A stretch of DNA of 51,407 nt, from the IMG/VR virus record IMGVR_UViG_3300025723_000058, positions 1 through 51,407 of that record; one strand, written 5' to 3'. Made by a program: the position numbers and the translations under genes. The DNA comes from a virus (lineage: Duplodnaviria; Caudoviricetes). Below the pieces are notes generated by a model. The model searched no databases. It saw only the letters and a program-made list of their open reading frames with translations, and was not told the DNA's origin. Shown piece after piece: positions 24,503 to 34,575 of this stretch. Within the stretch, counting starts at the first letter, position 1. Each line of letters starts with the position of its first letter.

Positions 24503-25756
24503 TTACTTTTTCAATAAAGGTTTAGTGTTAAGTAATTTTGTTTCGATAATTTTTTTAACCTCAGCAACACTTTTACCTGTCTTTTTAGCTATTGTCTCAT
24601 ACATCGCTTCAGATGCTACAGAATTTTTAACGTTAGCCATCTTTCCATCAGGATATTGAGTTTTAGCTGCACCACGCCAATTAGCTTTATTTTTAGCCCA
24701 GATTGCTGGTTGTGTATATTGTCCGCTCGCACTAGATTGTGGTGTGCCAGCAGTTGATGTCATTTCATCAATTGGTTGTTCTTCTTGACTCGGATTCATA
24801 CCCAATGGAGCGGTAAATGCCCCTGAACTAGCGGCACCTGTTGTTTCCGCAACTTCTGGTGTATTAGTTACTGAACCTAAATATTTTATAAGTTCTCTAC
24901 TCTTACCATATAATTTAATAAGTGCCGCTTTTAAACTATCATCAATTTTAACCAAATCTTTTTGGTTGTGTAGGAAATCATCAACCCCAACGCCACTTGA
25001 TATTGAACCAATATTTTGATTAACGTAATCGGCAACGTCATCTACATTAAGATGGTATTGTGGGTTCGGTAATTCTTCTCTTGGTATGTTTTCATAATCG
25101 AATACATATAGACCGTCTTTACCTTGTAAAATAGCTATTTCTTTATTCATTATAAGACCCTTGAATATTGGTTCAGCATTTGAAATTTGTACATCTGAGC
25201 TATCTTGATTCCAAGGTGAGTTAGGGTCATTTTCGGTTCCAGCTGGATAATTACTAGCCTCATCGGTTTGAGTCTTAAATGGTTCACCAGTATTATCTGG
25301 GTCAAGATATGGCATTAATGAATCTTTTTCAGCTTGTGAAGTTTGTGTTGCTGGCTTAAATCTATCTGGGTTATATGAGGAAGCTTGATTCCAAGGTGCT
25401 TTAGGGTCTTTAGCGATTAAATCAGTTATTTTACCAATTTCTTCTTCCTTTTCTTTAGATGCCATTTGTGCGTCTGGACTGAATCTTCTTTTAAAGAAAT
25501 TCTTAATCTTAATCATACCACCACCAATTGTTGCAACAATACCAACAGATGTTAGATAACTAACTATATCACCCCATGTTATACCATGTTGTTTAAAGAA
25601 AGGACTTAAACCAGTTTGAGACGGGTTTAACCAAATTTGTTTTATTAAATCGTGAACTGCTTGATGAACTTCTGGTGATAAAATATTTTCATTAATATTT
25701 TGCTTGTTAGTAAACAATCTGTTATATTGTTCATTCGTAATTCTAATTTTTTTCAT
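24503..25756 (-). CDS. Hypothetical, probable virion protein
   Basis: MKKIRITNEQYNRL start; ETTGAASSGAFTAPL motif. Confidence 0.7.
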   Translation of the reverse strand: MKKIRITNEQYNRLFTNKQNINENILSPEVHQAVHDLIKQIWLNPSQTGLSPFFKQHGITWGDIVSYLTSVGIVATIGGGMIKIKNFFKRRFSPDAQMASKEKEEEIGKITDLIAKDPKAPWNQASSYNPDRFKPATQTSQAEKDSLMPYLDPDNTGEPFKTQTDEASNYPAGTENDPNSPWNQDSSDVQISNAEPIFKGLIMNKEIAILQGKDGLYVFDYENIPREELPNPQYHLNVDDVADYVNQNIGSISSGVGVDDFLHNQKDLVKIDDSLKAALIKLYGKSRELIKYLGSVTNTPEVAETTGAASSGAFTAPLGMNPSQEEQPIDEMTSTAGTPQSSASGQYTQPAIWAKNKANWRGAAKTQYPDGKMANVKNSVASEAMYETIAKKTGKSVAEVKKIIETKLLNTKPLLKK

Positions 25757-25757
25757 C

Positions 25758-25994
25758 TTAGTTTGCTTTGTTTGATAAACTACCTCTCCAGAATGCTCTT
25801 TTATTCCAAAGTGTTTTATATAATTGAGTCAAGACATTTTTTGTTATTTCAACAACTTTAGTCTCAAGTTCTTGCTCGTTTTTTATTCTATCCTTAACTA
25901 TTCTTTCAATCTTATTTTTGAACTCAGCACTATCCATATAGACCTTAATACTTCTGTCAATATCTGATTTACTTAATTCTTCGTTGATTTTCAT
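25758..25994 (-). CDS. Hypothetical protein
   Basis: 78 aa ORF. Confidence 0.65.
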   Translation of the reverse strand: MKINEELSKSDIDRSIKVYMDSAEFKNKIERIVKDRIKNEQELETKVVEITKNVLTQLYKTLWNKRAFWRGSLSNKAN

Positions 25995-26084
25995 GTTATA
26001 TAATTTGATATTATATAAATATACGTATATAAACGAAAAAAGAGACTATTTAGGTCTCTTTTTAATATTCATCTTAAATTATTT

Positions 26085-26513
26085 TTATTTTACTATCACA
26101 TATAGTAAAGCGGCGATTAATAATCCAGAGCCAGTTAACATAAATGTAGATTTTATCTTCTGTCGATTGAGCTGTCTTTTTAAATCTTCCATAGTTTTAG
26201 TTAAGTTAGCGTTCTGCTCATTTTGTAATACTTGAACCCTAACATTTAGCGTATCTTTAAGTTTAAGTATTTGAACTTCATTTGTTTTAGATGAAATTAT
26301 ACTATCTTTTAAAACTAAGTTTTTTTGATACAACGAATTGTCTAATTTACATGCGTTTAATTCAGCGTTTAATGAGTCTTTCCTGATTAAATCATCAGCA
26401 ATCTGCTTAGCGACTCTCTTTGATATTGTGATACTATCCTTACCTGCCGTAACGGTTTGCGAAAAAACTGTCAAGTTGAGAAGAAGTATAATTGTTAATA
26501 GTAGATATTTCAT
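26085..26513 (-). CDS. Signal-peptide coiled-coil membrane protein (spanin-like)
   Basis: N-terminal signal, coiled coil, C-terminal TM. Confidence 0.5.
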   Translation of the reverse strand: MKYLLLTIILLLNLTVFSQTVTAGKDSITISKRVAKQIADDLIRKDSLNAELNACKLDNSLYQKNLVLKDSIISSKTNEVQILKLKDTLNVRVQVLQNEQNANLTKTMEDLKRQLNRQKIKSTFMLTGSGLLIAALLYVIVK

Positions 26514-26850
26514 TTTTATACGTTTTGTTTAATTTTGTTATTTGAGTGTTATTTTCTTCAATCAATGAATTATTGTAATCAACATTATCATTTAATTTTG
26601 CTTGGTTTTCTTCAAGACTTGTCAATTTACTATTTAACGATTGATTATATTTAGTTAAGGAATCAATTGTTAATTGTATTGTTGCGTTATCCTTAAGAGT
26701 TTTTTTAACCTCGGTTGGAGTTCTGGTAATGTAAAATAAGTAGATGATAAAGGCAATACCCCCAACAACTATTATATCAACCAATAGTCTTCGGTTAATG
26801 CTCTTTAAAAAATTTAAGATGGTTTGAAACGCCGCTTTTAGCTTTTCCAT
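26440..26850 (-). CDS. TM-anchored coiled-coil protein (spanin-like)
   Basis: N-terminal TM then heptads; overlaps next gene. Confidence 0.5.
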   Translation of the reverse strand: MEKLKAAFQTILNFLKSINRRLLVDIIVVGGIAFIIYLFYITRTPTEVKKTLKDNATIQLTIDSLTKYNQSLNSKLTSLEENQAKLNDNVDYNNSLIEENNTQITKLNKTYKNEISTINNYTSSQLDSFFANRYGR

Positions 26851-26864
26851 AAAACAGTTTTTTA

Positions 26865-27053
26865 TTAATTATTATGTGTACCACACCATGGACAAATTGG
26901 TAGTGATTTCTTTTTCTTATGTATTGTTTGAGTAAAGAATTTTTTACAGTTTTTACATTTAATCCACTTAGCCGTTTCGTCTTTTGGTTCACCTTTAGTG
27001 GCCATTTCGTTTTTAAGACGCTCGAATTGGGATTCAGTAATAATCAGTTTCAT
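26865..27053 (-). CDS. Small zinc-ribbon protein
   Basis: CKNC...CPWC. Confidence 0.65.
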   Translation of the reverse strand: MKLIITESQFERLKNEMATKGEPKDETAKWIKCKNCKKFFTQTIHKKKKSLPICPWCGTHNN

Positions 27054-27487
27054 TATTTAGCTCTATATTCAGTATTTAGTTTTTGCGCCCATTCTCTAGT
27101 CCAATTCTGATAGTAACCATTTAGCTTTTGTATAGTTGCAATTAGTTCATCATCAAGATATATTTGAGAAGCTTGTCCTTCAGAATCAGTTATTGAAATC
27201 ATTAATTTCATCGCTTTAACTGACATGAAGAAATTTATACCAGAATCTAAACGCCCTTCAAATTGAACGTCTCTATCTCTAGGGTAAATTTTAAATTTAG
27301 TGATTTGAACTCTAGGGTCAACAGAATCACTAACCTTTTTAACTTCTTCTTTATAAACTGAATCGTTTGGTGCTGGCGAAATTTCATCGCCGCTCTCATT
27401 ATTATTTTCGGTTAATAAACCATTTCTTAAGACCTGAATCATTTTTTGGGTCTGTTCATATTCGTTTAATATGTGTTTATTTTGCAT
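27053..27487 (-). CDS. Hypothetical protein
   Basis: 144 aa coupled ORF. Confidence 0.7.
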   Translation of the reverse strand: MQNKHILNEYEQTQKMIQVLRNGLLTENNNESGDEISPAPNDSVYKEEVKKVSDSVDPRVQITKFKIYPRDRDVQFEGRLDSGINFFMSVKAMKLMISITDSEGQASQIYLDDELIATIQKLNGYYQNWTREWAQKLNTEYRAK

Positions 27488-28085
27488 CTTCTAACTTGTT
27501 TTTAAAATCTTCGAAAGGCCATGCTGGTGTTAAATCTATGTAGTATTTATCAACATTACTTTTATACAAGATACCTTGATAATCATAAATATTTTCAATC
27601 TTTGTATTATGCGATAATGCAACCTTAGGTATGTCAAAATCACCACAAAGTTTACTAACCAGTTTTACCACCGAATCTAATTGTTCATCACTGTATGGTG
27701 CCCAATAAACTCGACCTCGCCATTTTTTTGTAATAACGGATTCCGATTTATTATAAATATGTCCCAACCAATCAATAAACCCAATATCTTCAATTTTATT
27801 AAGATAACCAACGTTTTCCAGTAATATTATAATACTCTCATCGTTTAGTTGTTGATTTGAAAAATAATTCGATGTGTGTTTTGCGTTAAAGTGGCTATAA
27901 ATAGAACCAGCCGCATCTATTGTAAATGCAGCTGTTTTTTTATATTTTCCATTATATCTAGTAGTCCATTTAACAAAATTTTGTTCTGGAGTACTGGCCA
28001 TATTACCTAGTATTATTCGCTTCTTAATATTATCCGTATTAATGTAGTTTTTTTCTGGTAATTGGAATTTAGTATTTAGTTCCAT
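27477..28085 (-). CDS. N-acetylmuramoyl-L-alanine amidase-like protein (degenerate)
   Basis: AAFTIDAAGSIY, LNDESIII, YSDEQLDSVVKLV pattern. Confidence 0.6.
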   Translation of the reverse strand: MELNTKFQLPEKNYINTDNIKKRIILGNMASTPEQNFVKWTTRYNGKYKKTAAFTIDAAGSIYSHFNAKHTSNYFSNQQLNDESIIILLENVGYLNKIEDIGFIDWLGHIYNKSESVITKKWRGRVYWAPYSDEQLDSVVKLVSKLCGDFDIPKVALSHNTKIENIYDYQGILYKSNVDKYYIDLTPAWPFEDFKNKLEDAK

Positions 28086-28087
28086 AT

Positions 28088-29365
28088 CTAACGTTTGAAA
28101 TAACCACCATATCTGTTCCTAGTATTAACTCTTTGAACATTATTTGTTGGAATACTACCAACGAAACCTCTTTTTTCCCTAATATCATCTAATTCAATCC
28201 TACCGTTAGGTATAACTGGTCCTCTTTCTTGTGGTTTAGATTCAATTTTAGGTTCAACAACAGTTTCAACTACTGGTTCAGGTTCATTTAAAATATCATC
28301 AGTGGTTTTGCGGATGTTATCAATTTCCTCATTTTGAATTTTACTTAGATGTTCTTCAACAGATAAACTAGGTTCTGGGTCAGATACTATTGATTCTGGC
28401 TCAGATACTTCAATATTTGAGTTAGAAAGATTTGGTTCGTGAGCTTCAATCTCTCTGATTAACTCAGCACCTTTAATTGGTGGGAATGAATGCCATTCCA
28501 ATTCTGGGGCTTCAACATCTTCGTCACCATAGTCATTAACCTCATCCAATATTTCATCTGGTTTTTCTCTTTCTTTCTTTTCAATATCAAGAACCTTATT
28601 AGTAGCTATTACTAATGCAACCGCTAATGGGTCAAATACAAAAATTAATAAAAGAATAAACCAGTTAATTATTTTGTCCATCGGATAACCAGTTAATTGA
28701 GCTAGATATTTTAAAGGTCCGATTTCACTTGTTGAATTACCCTTAGCCTTGGCTTCAATAGCTTTGTTAGCGTAGTAGTTAACAGAATCATTTAAGCTAC
28801 TATTTTTGCCATTTAATTGGTCAATTTCCCCATTTAATGTTTGTACTTCTTTAGATGATGCATCAATATCGGCTCTAGCATGTCCTTGGCTGGCATTACC
28901 TTTCGCAGCATCTATTCTACTTTCTTGAATTGTTCTAAGTGATGATAATTGAGAAAGTCTAGCGGTCTTTAAGTCAATAATTTTTTGATTATCACTTATA
29001 CTTTTTTCAAAAAGACTTTTTTTATTATTTAAGACGTTAATAGCAGCATCACTAACCTCAACATTTGACGCTGTTTTCTGATAGGCATTTGATAGGAACC
29101 CATAAATACCTGCGGATGTAATACACACTAAAATTGTAACGCCAATAATTAGGTATAATCGTAATGACTTACCTAATTGGTTCCAATATTTTTCCAATAA
29201 ACTAACTGCTATAACCTTACTAAATTCTAAACTAGTTGCCATTATAATAACAGCAAGACTAGCACCAGCAAATAATTGACTAAGACCAAATACAGAATAA
29301 TATGCCGCACAACCAGCTACAAGGGTAGCGGCAAGAGCTACTAATGTGCTAAATTTTAGTTTCAT
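28088..29365 (-). CDS. Multi-TM coiled-coil membrane protein
   Basis: N-terminal TMs, GIYGFLS, EIGPLKY, LIFVFDPLAV. Confidence 0.75.
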   Translation of the reverse strand: MKLKFSTLVALAATLVAGCAAYYSVFGLSQLFAGASLAVIIMATSLEFSKVIAVSLLEKYWNQLGKSLRLYLIIGVTILVCITSAGIYGFLSNAYQKTASNVEVSDAAINVLNNKKSLFEKSISDNQKIIDLKTARLSQLSSLRTIQESRIDAAKGNASQGHARADIDASSKEVQTLNGEIDQLNGKNSSLNDSVNYYANKAIEAKAKGNSTSEIGPLKYLAQLTGYPMDKIINWFILLLIFVFDPLAVALVIATNKVLDIEKKEREKPDEILDEVNDYGDEDVEAPELEWHSFPPIKGAELIREIEAHEPNLSNSNIEVSEPESIVSDPEPSLSVEEHLSKIQNEEIDNIRKTTDDILNEPEPVVETVVEPKIESKPQERGPVIPNGRIELDDIREKRGFVGSIPTNNVQRVNTRNRYGGYFKR

Positions 29366-30195
29366 TATTCGTTTATCAAATTATATAAGTTGTGTGCGTT
29401 ATGTCTAAGTTTTCTTAGAGCTTTTTCTTTAATTTGTCTAATGCGTTCTTTTGTCAATGAAAAATTTTCACCAATCGCCTCAAGTGTCATCGGTTCACAT
29501 TCAGTATTAATACCAAAATATGATTCTATAATTATTCTTTCCCTATCGTCTAATATTGATAAAGTTTCAGACAATTCAGACTTTAATCTTTCATCAACTA
29601 TTAGTTTATGTTCATCATCAGATTTATCGGAAATCAAATCAATTAATTCATCACCGTCCTCATTTACCTTATCATTTAATGATGTACAAACAGAGTAATT
29701 CATTAAGTCAACTGGTTCCATATTTTCATCCAATATTTCACCATATATCGGTTCACGCTCATTTTCAAATTCAAATTTTTCAATCTCTTTTTTTAGAGAA
29801 TGTAACTTGTTAATTACATTTGCTGGTAATCTTACCATCCTAGCGTTTTCATTAAGACTTTGAATAATTGATTGTTTAATCCACCATACAGCATAAGAGA
29901 TGAACCTAAAACCACGAGTATGGTCAAATCTTGATGCCGCTTTTACTAACCCATAATTACCTTCACTAATTAAATCAGCTAATGGTAATCCTTGATTTTG
30001 ATATTCTTTTGCTATTGATACTACAAACTTTAAATTAGCTTGTACTAATGTCTCAACAGCATCGGTATCACCCGACTTAATTTTTAGTGCTAATTCGACC
30101 TCTTCATCAGGGCTTAATAGCGTTGTCTTTCTTACATCTTTAAAATACTTTACTAAACTTTCTTCTTCTTCAAAATTTACAAATTTGTTAACCAT
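29365..30195 (-). CDS. RNA polymerase sigma-70 factor (RpoD/SigA family, no region 1.1)
   Basis: ANLKFVVSIAK, DLISEGNYGL, RFISYAVWWIKQ, TKERIRQIKEKALRKL. Confidence 0.95.
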   Translation of the reverse strand: MVNKFVNFEEEESLVKYFKDVRKTTLLSPDEEVELALKIKSGDTDAVETLVQANLKFVVSIAKEYQNQGLPLADLISEGNYGLVKAASRFDHTRGFRFISYAVWWIKQSIIQSLNENARMVRLPANVINKLHSLKKEIEKFEFENEREPIYGEILDENMEPVDLMNYSVCTSLNDKVNEDGDELIDLISDKSDDEHKLIVDERLKSELSETLSILDDRERIIIESYFGINTECEPMTLEAIGENFSLTKERIRQIKEKALRKLRHNAHNLYNLINE

Positions 30196-30284
30196 TCATT
30201 TTTCATATTACCGCAATTGTTATTATCCATTGGATATACAAATATACGAAAAAAATGGCAAAAGTCAAGTTTTTTCTGCCATTT

Positions 30285-30797
30285 TTACTCACTATTCGCT
30301 AATTTACTTAATACTTCCTTATCGTATTCTGACAAATTGTCCACACCTTTATCTATAATTGAATTGAATAAATTATTCTTTTCTTCTTTAGAGAGAGCTT
30401 CAATTTCGTCTAATTGGAGAGTATCTTCCGCTTCTTTATTTTCAACCAAATCATCTGATGTTCGACCAGTTAATTCATACATGAAATTTTCACTCTTTTC
30501 TTTAAGATATTGCTCCCTATCCTCAGTTAAAAAACCAAATAAACCGTCATTAATATCTTTCTTTAAGAAATGCACACCAGTATTTTCGTTATTCAACTTA
30601 AACACCATAAAATTGACGTTAATTGACCTTAAATACTCAGTTATCTCAGTTATCTCCATTACCGATGTAAATGTTGAAATAATTACACCTTTAGAATCTA
30701 AGGTGTTAGGCTTAGATTCAGCCATTTTAAAAATATCGGGTAATTTTGTCCTATCAATCTCACCCATTAAAACCAAACAATAATCCGTAAACTTCAT
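30285..30797 (-). CDS. Hypothetical protein
   Basis: 170 aa ORF after promoter motif. Confidence 0.7.
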   Translation of the reverse strand: MKFTDYCLVLMGEIDRTKLPDIFKMAESKPNTLDSKGVIISTFTSVMEITEITEYLRSINVNFMVFKLNNENTGVHFLKKDINDGLFGFLTEDREQYLKEKSENFMYELTGRTSDDLVENKEAEDTLQLDEIEALSKEEKNNLFNSIIDKGVDNLSEYDKEVLSKLANSE

Positions 30798-30843
30798 CTT
30801 ACTTTTTTTTGCAAATATACAATAAACTGGCCAAATATAAAAA

Positions 30844-33195
30844 TTATTTAATTCTTACACTTGAAATATTATCTGGTTTCAATACTGTAACTATGTTATC
30901 ACCCCAATCCTTCACAATATCATTATGTGTAATTAGAAAAACAATATCATACATCGCCTTTATTTTATCAAATAACGGTTTCAATTTTTCAATGTTTTCA
31001 TTTGATACTTTACCTAAAATTTCATCAAATGTAATAAAGTTTGGCATTGGTAAATTTGAAACTTTACCCAAAACGCTTCTAAGTGCTAAACTAGATGCTG
31101 TCTTTTCAAGACCGCTACCAGACTTTAACAATTTAGATACACCATCCTTATTAATTAAAAATTGTACATCGTTCTTATCATCTATAAATATCTCAACTTC
31201 GAAATCACAACACTCATCTAGCAATCTTATTACTTCAGCGTTTATGATAGGGAGAACTGACCTTAGAACCAACTTACTAATACCTTTCTTACCGACTAAC
31301 TCAATATAAACCTTGAATATTTTTTCAATTTCTTCTTCCTTTTTAATTTGGTCAATTAATTTAGTTTTTGTTTCTATCGCCGCTTTATTGTTAGCTATAT
31401 CTATTTTTATCTTCTGAATTTTAAGTTGAATATCATCTTTACTGTAGTCAGCAACAGTAAGTTTAGTCTTTACCATAGATACTTCAGTATCAACACTTCT
31501 ATTAAATTCAATAGCCTCTTCGTTTAACTTATACTTATTTAAGTCGTTCTGTTTTGTTAGTACTTTATTCCTTAAGGAACCAACCTCAACTTCAAGTCTA
31601 TCCCTATCTAATTCAGTTCTATTTTTAGTGTCAACTAAACGCTTAGTTTCATTTAAAACCGCTAACTCCTCTTGAATCCTAGTCTGGCGTATAATAATTT
31701 TTTCAATTTCATCATCTAAAATTGAAATCATCTTGCGATGGCTCTCGATATGTTCAGTATTATCAACATCATCTAATTTACGATTACACGCTTTACAGAT
31801 ACCACCCTCAATTAAGTCTTTAATAGTGTTCTCAAGTCTTTTAATTTCACTTCTTTTAGTACCTAATGAAACCATTAACTGATTGTTTTCAACTGTTAAC
31901 TTATGATGTAAATCTTCATCAAAGTTTATAACGCCAATAGCGTTTATCGCATCATTTAAGTCTTTAATTTTAGCTTTTAAAGCTGTTCCACTAGTTATTA
32001 TATCTTTTATCTCAGATTCTAATTTAGATGGGTTTAATGCGCTAATAACGACATCAATTGAAATCTTACTGTTAAGTAATCTATCATTTTCGTTTTTCAA
32101 TCTTTCAATATCATCTTTAACCTCTTCTAATCTAGTAATAAGAGTGGATTCAATATCTTGTCCATTGATAACTTTTTCCTTATGGTCTTCAATTTCTTCA
32201 GTTAATGTTAAAATGTCGTAATCATTTGATTTTTTCTTTTTATCAAATTCATTATACATTTTTCTAACAATAGCTTCTTTGGTTTCTATAACTTCTAACC
32301 CGATTAATCTAGTTAAAACTTTACCACTTTCACTATTTGTAAGGCCAATAAGGTCTTCCAGATTCTTTTCGGTTGCCAAAACAAGCATCTCAAAATCTTT
32401 TTCGCTACCAATGGTTGCTTTTAATTTAGCGGTAGTTCTACTAGCGTCCTCTTCATTCATCTGACTTTCTTCACCATCAGGTAATATCTCGTAATAATTA
32501 ACCTTATTGGTAACATTCCACTCCCCACCCTTTTTAAGTGTTCGTTTCATTTTTCTTTCAATGATAACATCTTGGCCGTCAAGTTCAATCATACCACGAA
32601 CTAACAATTCGTTTTTATCTGAATATGTATTAAATATTTGTTCGTTTTTTTCAGTCTTGGTAGTACTACCATGGAGTAAAAACTTAATGGCATCAATAGT
32701 AAGAGTTGTTTTACCGCCTTGATTGCTTGGGATTGAATTAACAACTGTGAGCCCCTTTAATTTATTGAAAGGAACGTAATTGTTTTCACCAAATGATAAG
32801 AAATTATTAATTGAAAGCCATTTAATTGACCAACTATTTTGATTTGATTGGCTATCCTCAATGTTTAACTCGGCATTTACTTTATCGTCAAGACTGATTA
32901 AACGTTCAAAATTAACATTTTTATTTTCTCGTTTAAGCCATTCTTTCATTAACTCACGTTGATAAGACGTGTCCATAATATTGTCAATGTTAGCACCAGT
33001 AATCTCGATTATTTCACCGTTATTACTGAATTTAACTGGACGATAAATAACATCAACGTTATTCTTGTTTACACCATATTTTTTACTAAAATGTGACTTA
33101 ACTCTACTCTTAGCTTCCTTACTATAATTTTCAGGTTTATCATCCCAATACACCTTAATCCTAGAATAAGGCGACATATTTAATTTATTCTCCAT
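30844..33195 (-). CDS. SbcC/Rad50/gp46-like ATPase
   Basis: NNFLSFG, NQGGKTT, CKAC hook, SGLEK, FITFDE, LITH. Confidence 0.92.
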   Translation of the reverse strand: MENKLNMSPYSRIKVYWDDKPENYSKEAKSRVKSHFSKKYGVNKNNVDVIYRPVKFSNNGEIIEITGANIDNIMDTSYQRELMKEWLKRENKNVNFERLISLDDKVNAELNIEDSQSNQNSWSIKWLSINNFLSFGENNYVPFNKLKGLTVVNSIPSNQGGKTTLTIDAIKFLLHGSTTKTEKNEQIFNTYSDKNELLVRGMIELDGQDVIIERKMKRTLKKGGEWNVTNKVNYYEILPDGEESQMNEEDASRTTAKLKATIGSEKDFEMLVLATEKNLEDLIGLTNSESGKVLTRLIGLEVIETKEAIVRKMYNEFDKKKKSNDYDILTLTEEIEDHKEKVINGQDIESTLITRLEEVKDDIERLKNENDRLLNSKISIDVVISALNPSKLESEIKDIITSGTALKAKIKDLNDAINAIGVINFDEDLHHKLTVENNQLMVSLGTKRSEIKRLENTIKDLIEGGICKACNRKLDDVDNTEHIESHRKMISILDDEIEKIIIRQTRIQEELAVLNETKRLVDTKNRTELDRDRLEVEVGSLRNKVLTKQNDLNKYKLNEEAIEFNRSVDTEVSMVKTKLTVADYSKDDIQLKIQKIKIDIANNKAAIETKTKLIDQIKKEEEIEKIFKVYIELVGKKGISKLVLRSVLPIINAEVIRLLDECCDFEVEIFIDDKNDVQFLINKDGVSKLLKSGSGLEKTASSLALRSVLGKVSNLPMPNFITFDEILGKVSNENIEKLKPLFDKIKAMYDIVFLITHNDIVKDWGDNIVTVLKPDNISSVRIK

Positions 33196-33454
33196 AAATG
33201 TTTGTATTCGGTTTTTGATTTTTCTTTTTTTCTGGTGTTTTAATAACCTCAGTCTTTGGTTCAGAACTAGACTCAACAATTGGTTCAACGCTTATTTCCT
33301 CAACTTTTTTAACGTTAATTTGCGGAGCTACACCAAATTTTTCAATAGTAAAACCCTGACGCATACATTTTATCATAAAAGCATCATAATCAGTAATGTT
33401 ATTAGCTTTACAATACAAGTAAATTTCAGTTCTTAAATCCTTAGGTATTTCCAT
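33185..33454 (-). CDS. Hypothetical protein
   Basis: Coupled ORF. Confidence 0.65.
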   Translation of the reverse strand: MEIPKDLRTEIYLYCKANNITDYDAFMIKCMRQGFTIEKFGVAPQINVKKVEEISVEPIVESSSEPKTEVIKTPEKKKNQKPNTNIYGE

Positions 33455-33674
33455 TTGGGAATGTTTTATTTACATCCTCTTGTGTTTGGTGAAAGAAACA
33501 AACTTCATTAGTGTGTTCATCAACATAAAGTGCCACAATAGGTTTATCAACACGATATACCATGCTATCGTCATCTTCTGGGTCCAAATACCCAACTTCG
33601 CCGTTTACTACTTCAAAGGAATCAAATTCTTCTGGAATGCGATTAACGAAATCTTTTAATTCTTTAAATGTCAT
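33441..33674 (-). CDS. Hypothetical protein
   Basis: Coupled ORF. Confidence 0.65.
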   Translation of the reverse strand: MTFKELKDFVNRIPEEFDSFEVVNGEVGYLDPEDDDSMVYRVDKPIVALYVDEHTNEVCFFHQTQEDVNKTFPNGNT

Positions 33675-33696
33675 TTTGTTTTGTTTTAGTTAATAA

Positions 33697-34509
33697 TTAC
33701 AAATTAGTAATTACCTCAGTATTATTAGTTAAATCCTCTAAGGATTTTATTTTAAAATTGTAGAGTGAATAAGGGTTATAAACATCATATTCTTTAAAAT
33801 TTTTAGTTTCGACATCCCAAACAAGAAACCCATGTTTACTAACGTTTTCGCCAAAATTTTGTTGTATTAAAGAACTAGGATAAGCAATATTAATACCCTT
33901 ATGAACAAAAGCTTGGCGTTTATGAATATCGCCAAGCATTACAGCATCACAATTATTGAAAATGTCTAATGACGCACCGTGTTCAAACTCATAACCAATA
34001 TCTGTTTTAGCATTTACTATTGGCGCATGAAATAATCCCACGTAGAATTTATCATCACCAAACTGCACTCTTGCAGATTCAATATCGGGTCTAGCATTCT
34101 CTTCAAAAATTGAATATACGCACCAAACAACATTATCGTCCAGATAACATTTTGACTCTTTAAAATAATTTACATTTAAGTCTCCAAGAAATTGAACCAT
34201 TGGTGTGATACTATCCATCCTATCTTTATTATTTTCAAGTAGGTCATGGTTACCAGCAATAATTATAACTGGTGCAATTTCTTCAAGTTGTTTTATAAAC
34301 CAAGTACCAAGAATTAATTGTTCGTTTGATATAACAATCTTTTGATGTACCAAATCACCCACAATAACTATCCTAATTTCGTCTCTAGTATAGTCTTTGA
34401 CTAATTCCTTTACTTGACCAATAAATGCCTTAAAAACGTCTTTATATTCCTCATGGAGCCTATATGTACGTATGTGTATGTCAGCTAGATGTATAATTTT
34501 TTTAATCAT
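33697..34509 (-). CDS. SbcD/Mre11/gp47-like metallophosphoesterase
   Basis: ADIH, GDLVH, GNHD, FH, GDIH motifs. Confidence 0.92.
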   Translation of the reverse strand: MIKKIIHLADIHIRTYRLHEEYKDVFKAFIGQVKELVKDYTRDEIRIVIVGDLVHQKIVISNEQLILGTWFIKQLEEIAPVIIIAGNHDLLENNKDRMDSITPMVQFLGDLNVNYFKESKCYLDDNVVWCVYSIFEENARPDIESARVQFGDDKFYVGLFHAPIVNAKTDIGYEFEHGASLDIFNNCDAVMLGDIHKRQAFVHKGINIAYPSSLIQQNFGENVSKHGFLVWDVETKNFKEYDVYNPYSLYNFKIKSLEDLTNNTEVITNL

Positions 34510-34575
34510 AGTTTTGTTTCGTACAAAGATACGTTTTTTTCTTTATGTTTGCAAATATTTATTGTAAATTACTAT

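Noticed and set aside
29390-32722. Long plus-strand ORFs (29390, 29556, 30217, 30809, 32279, 32507)
   Set aside because: Antisense shadows of the sigma factor, hypothetical and SbcC genes.
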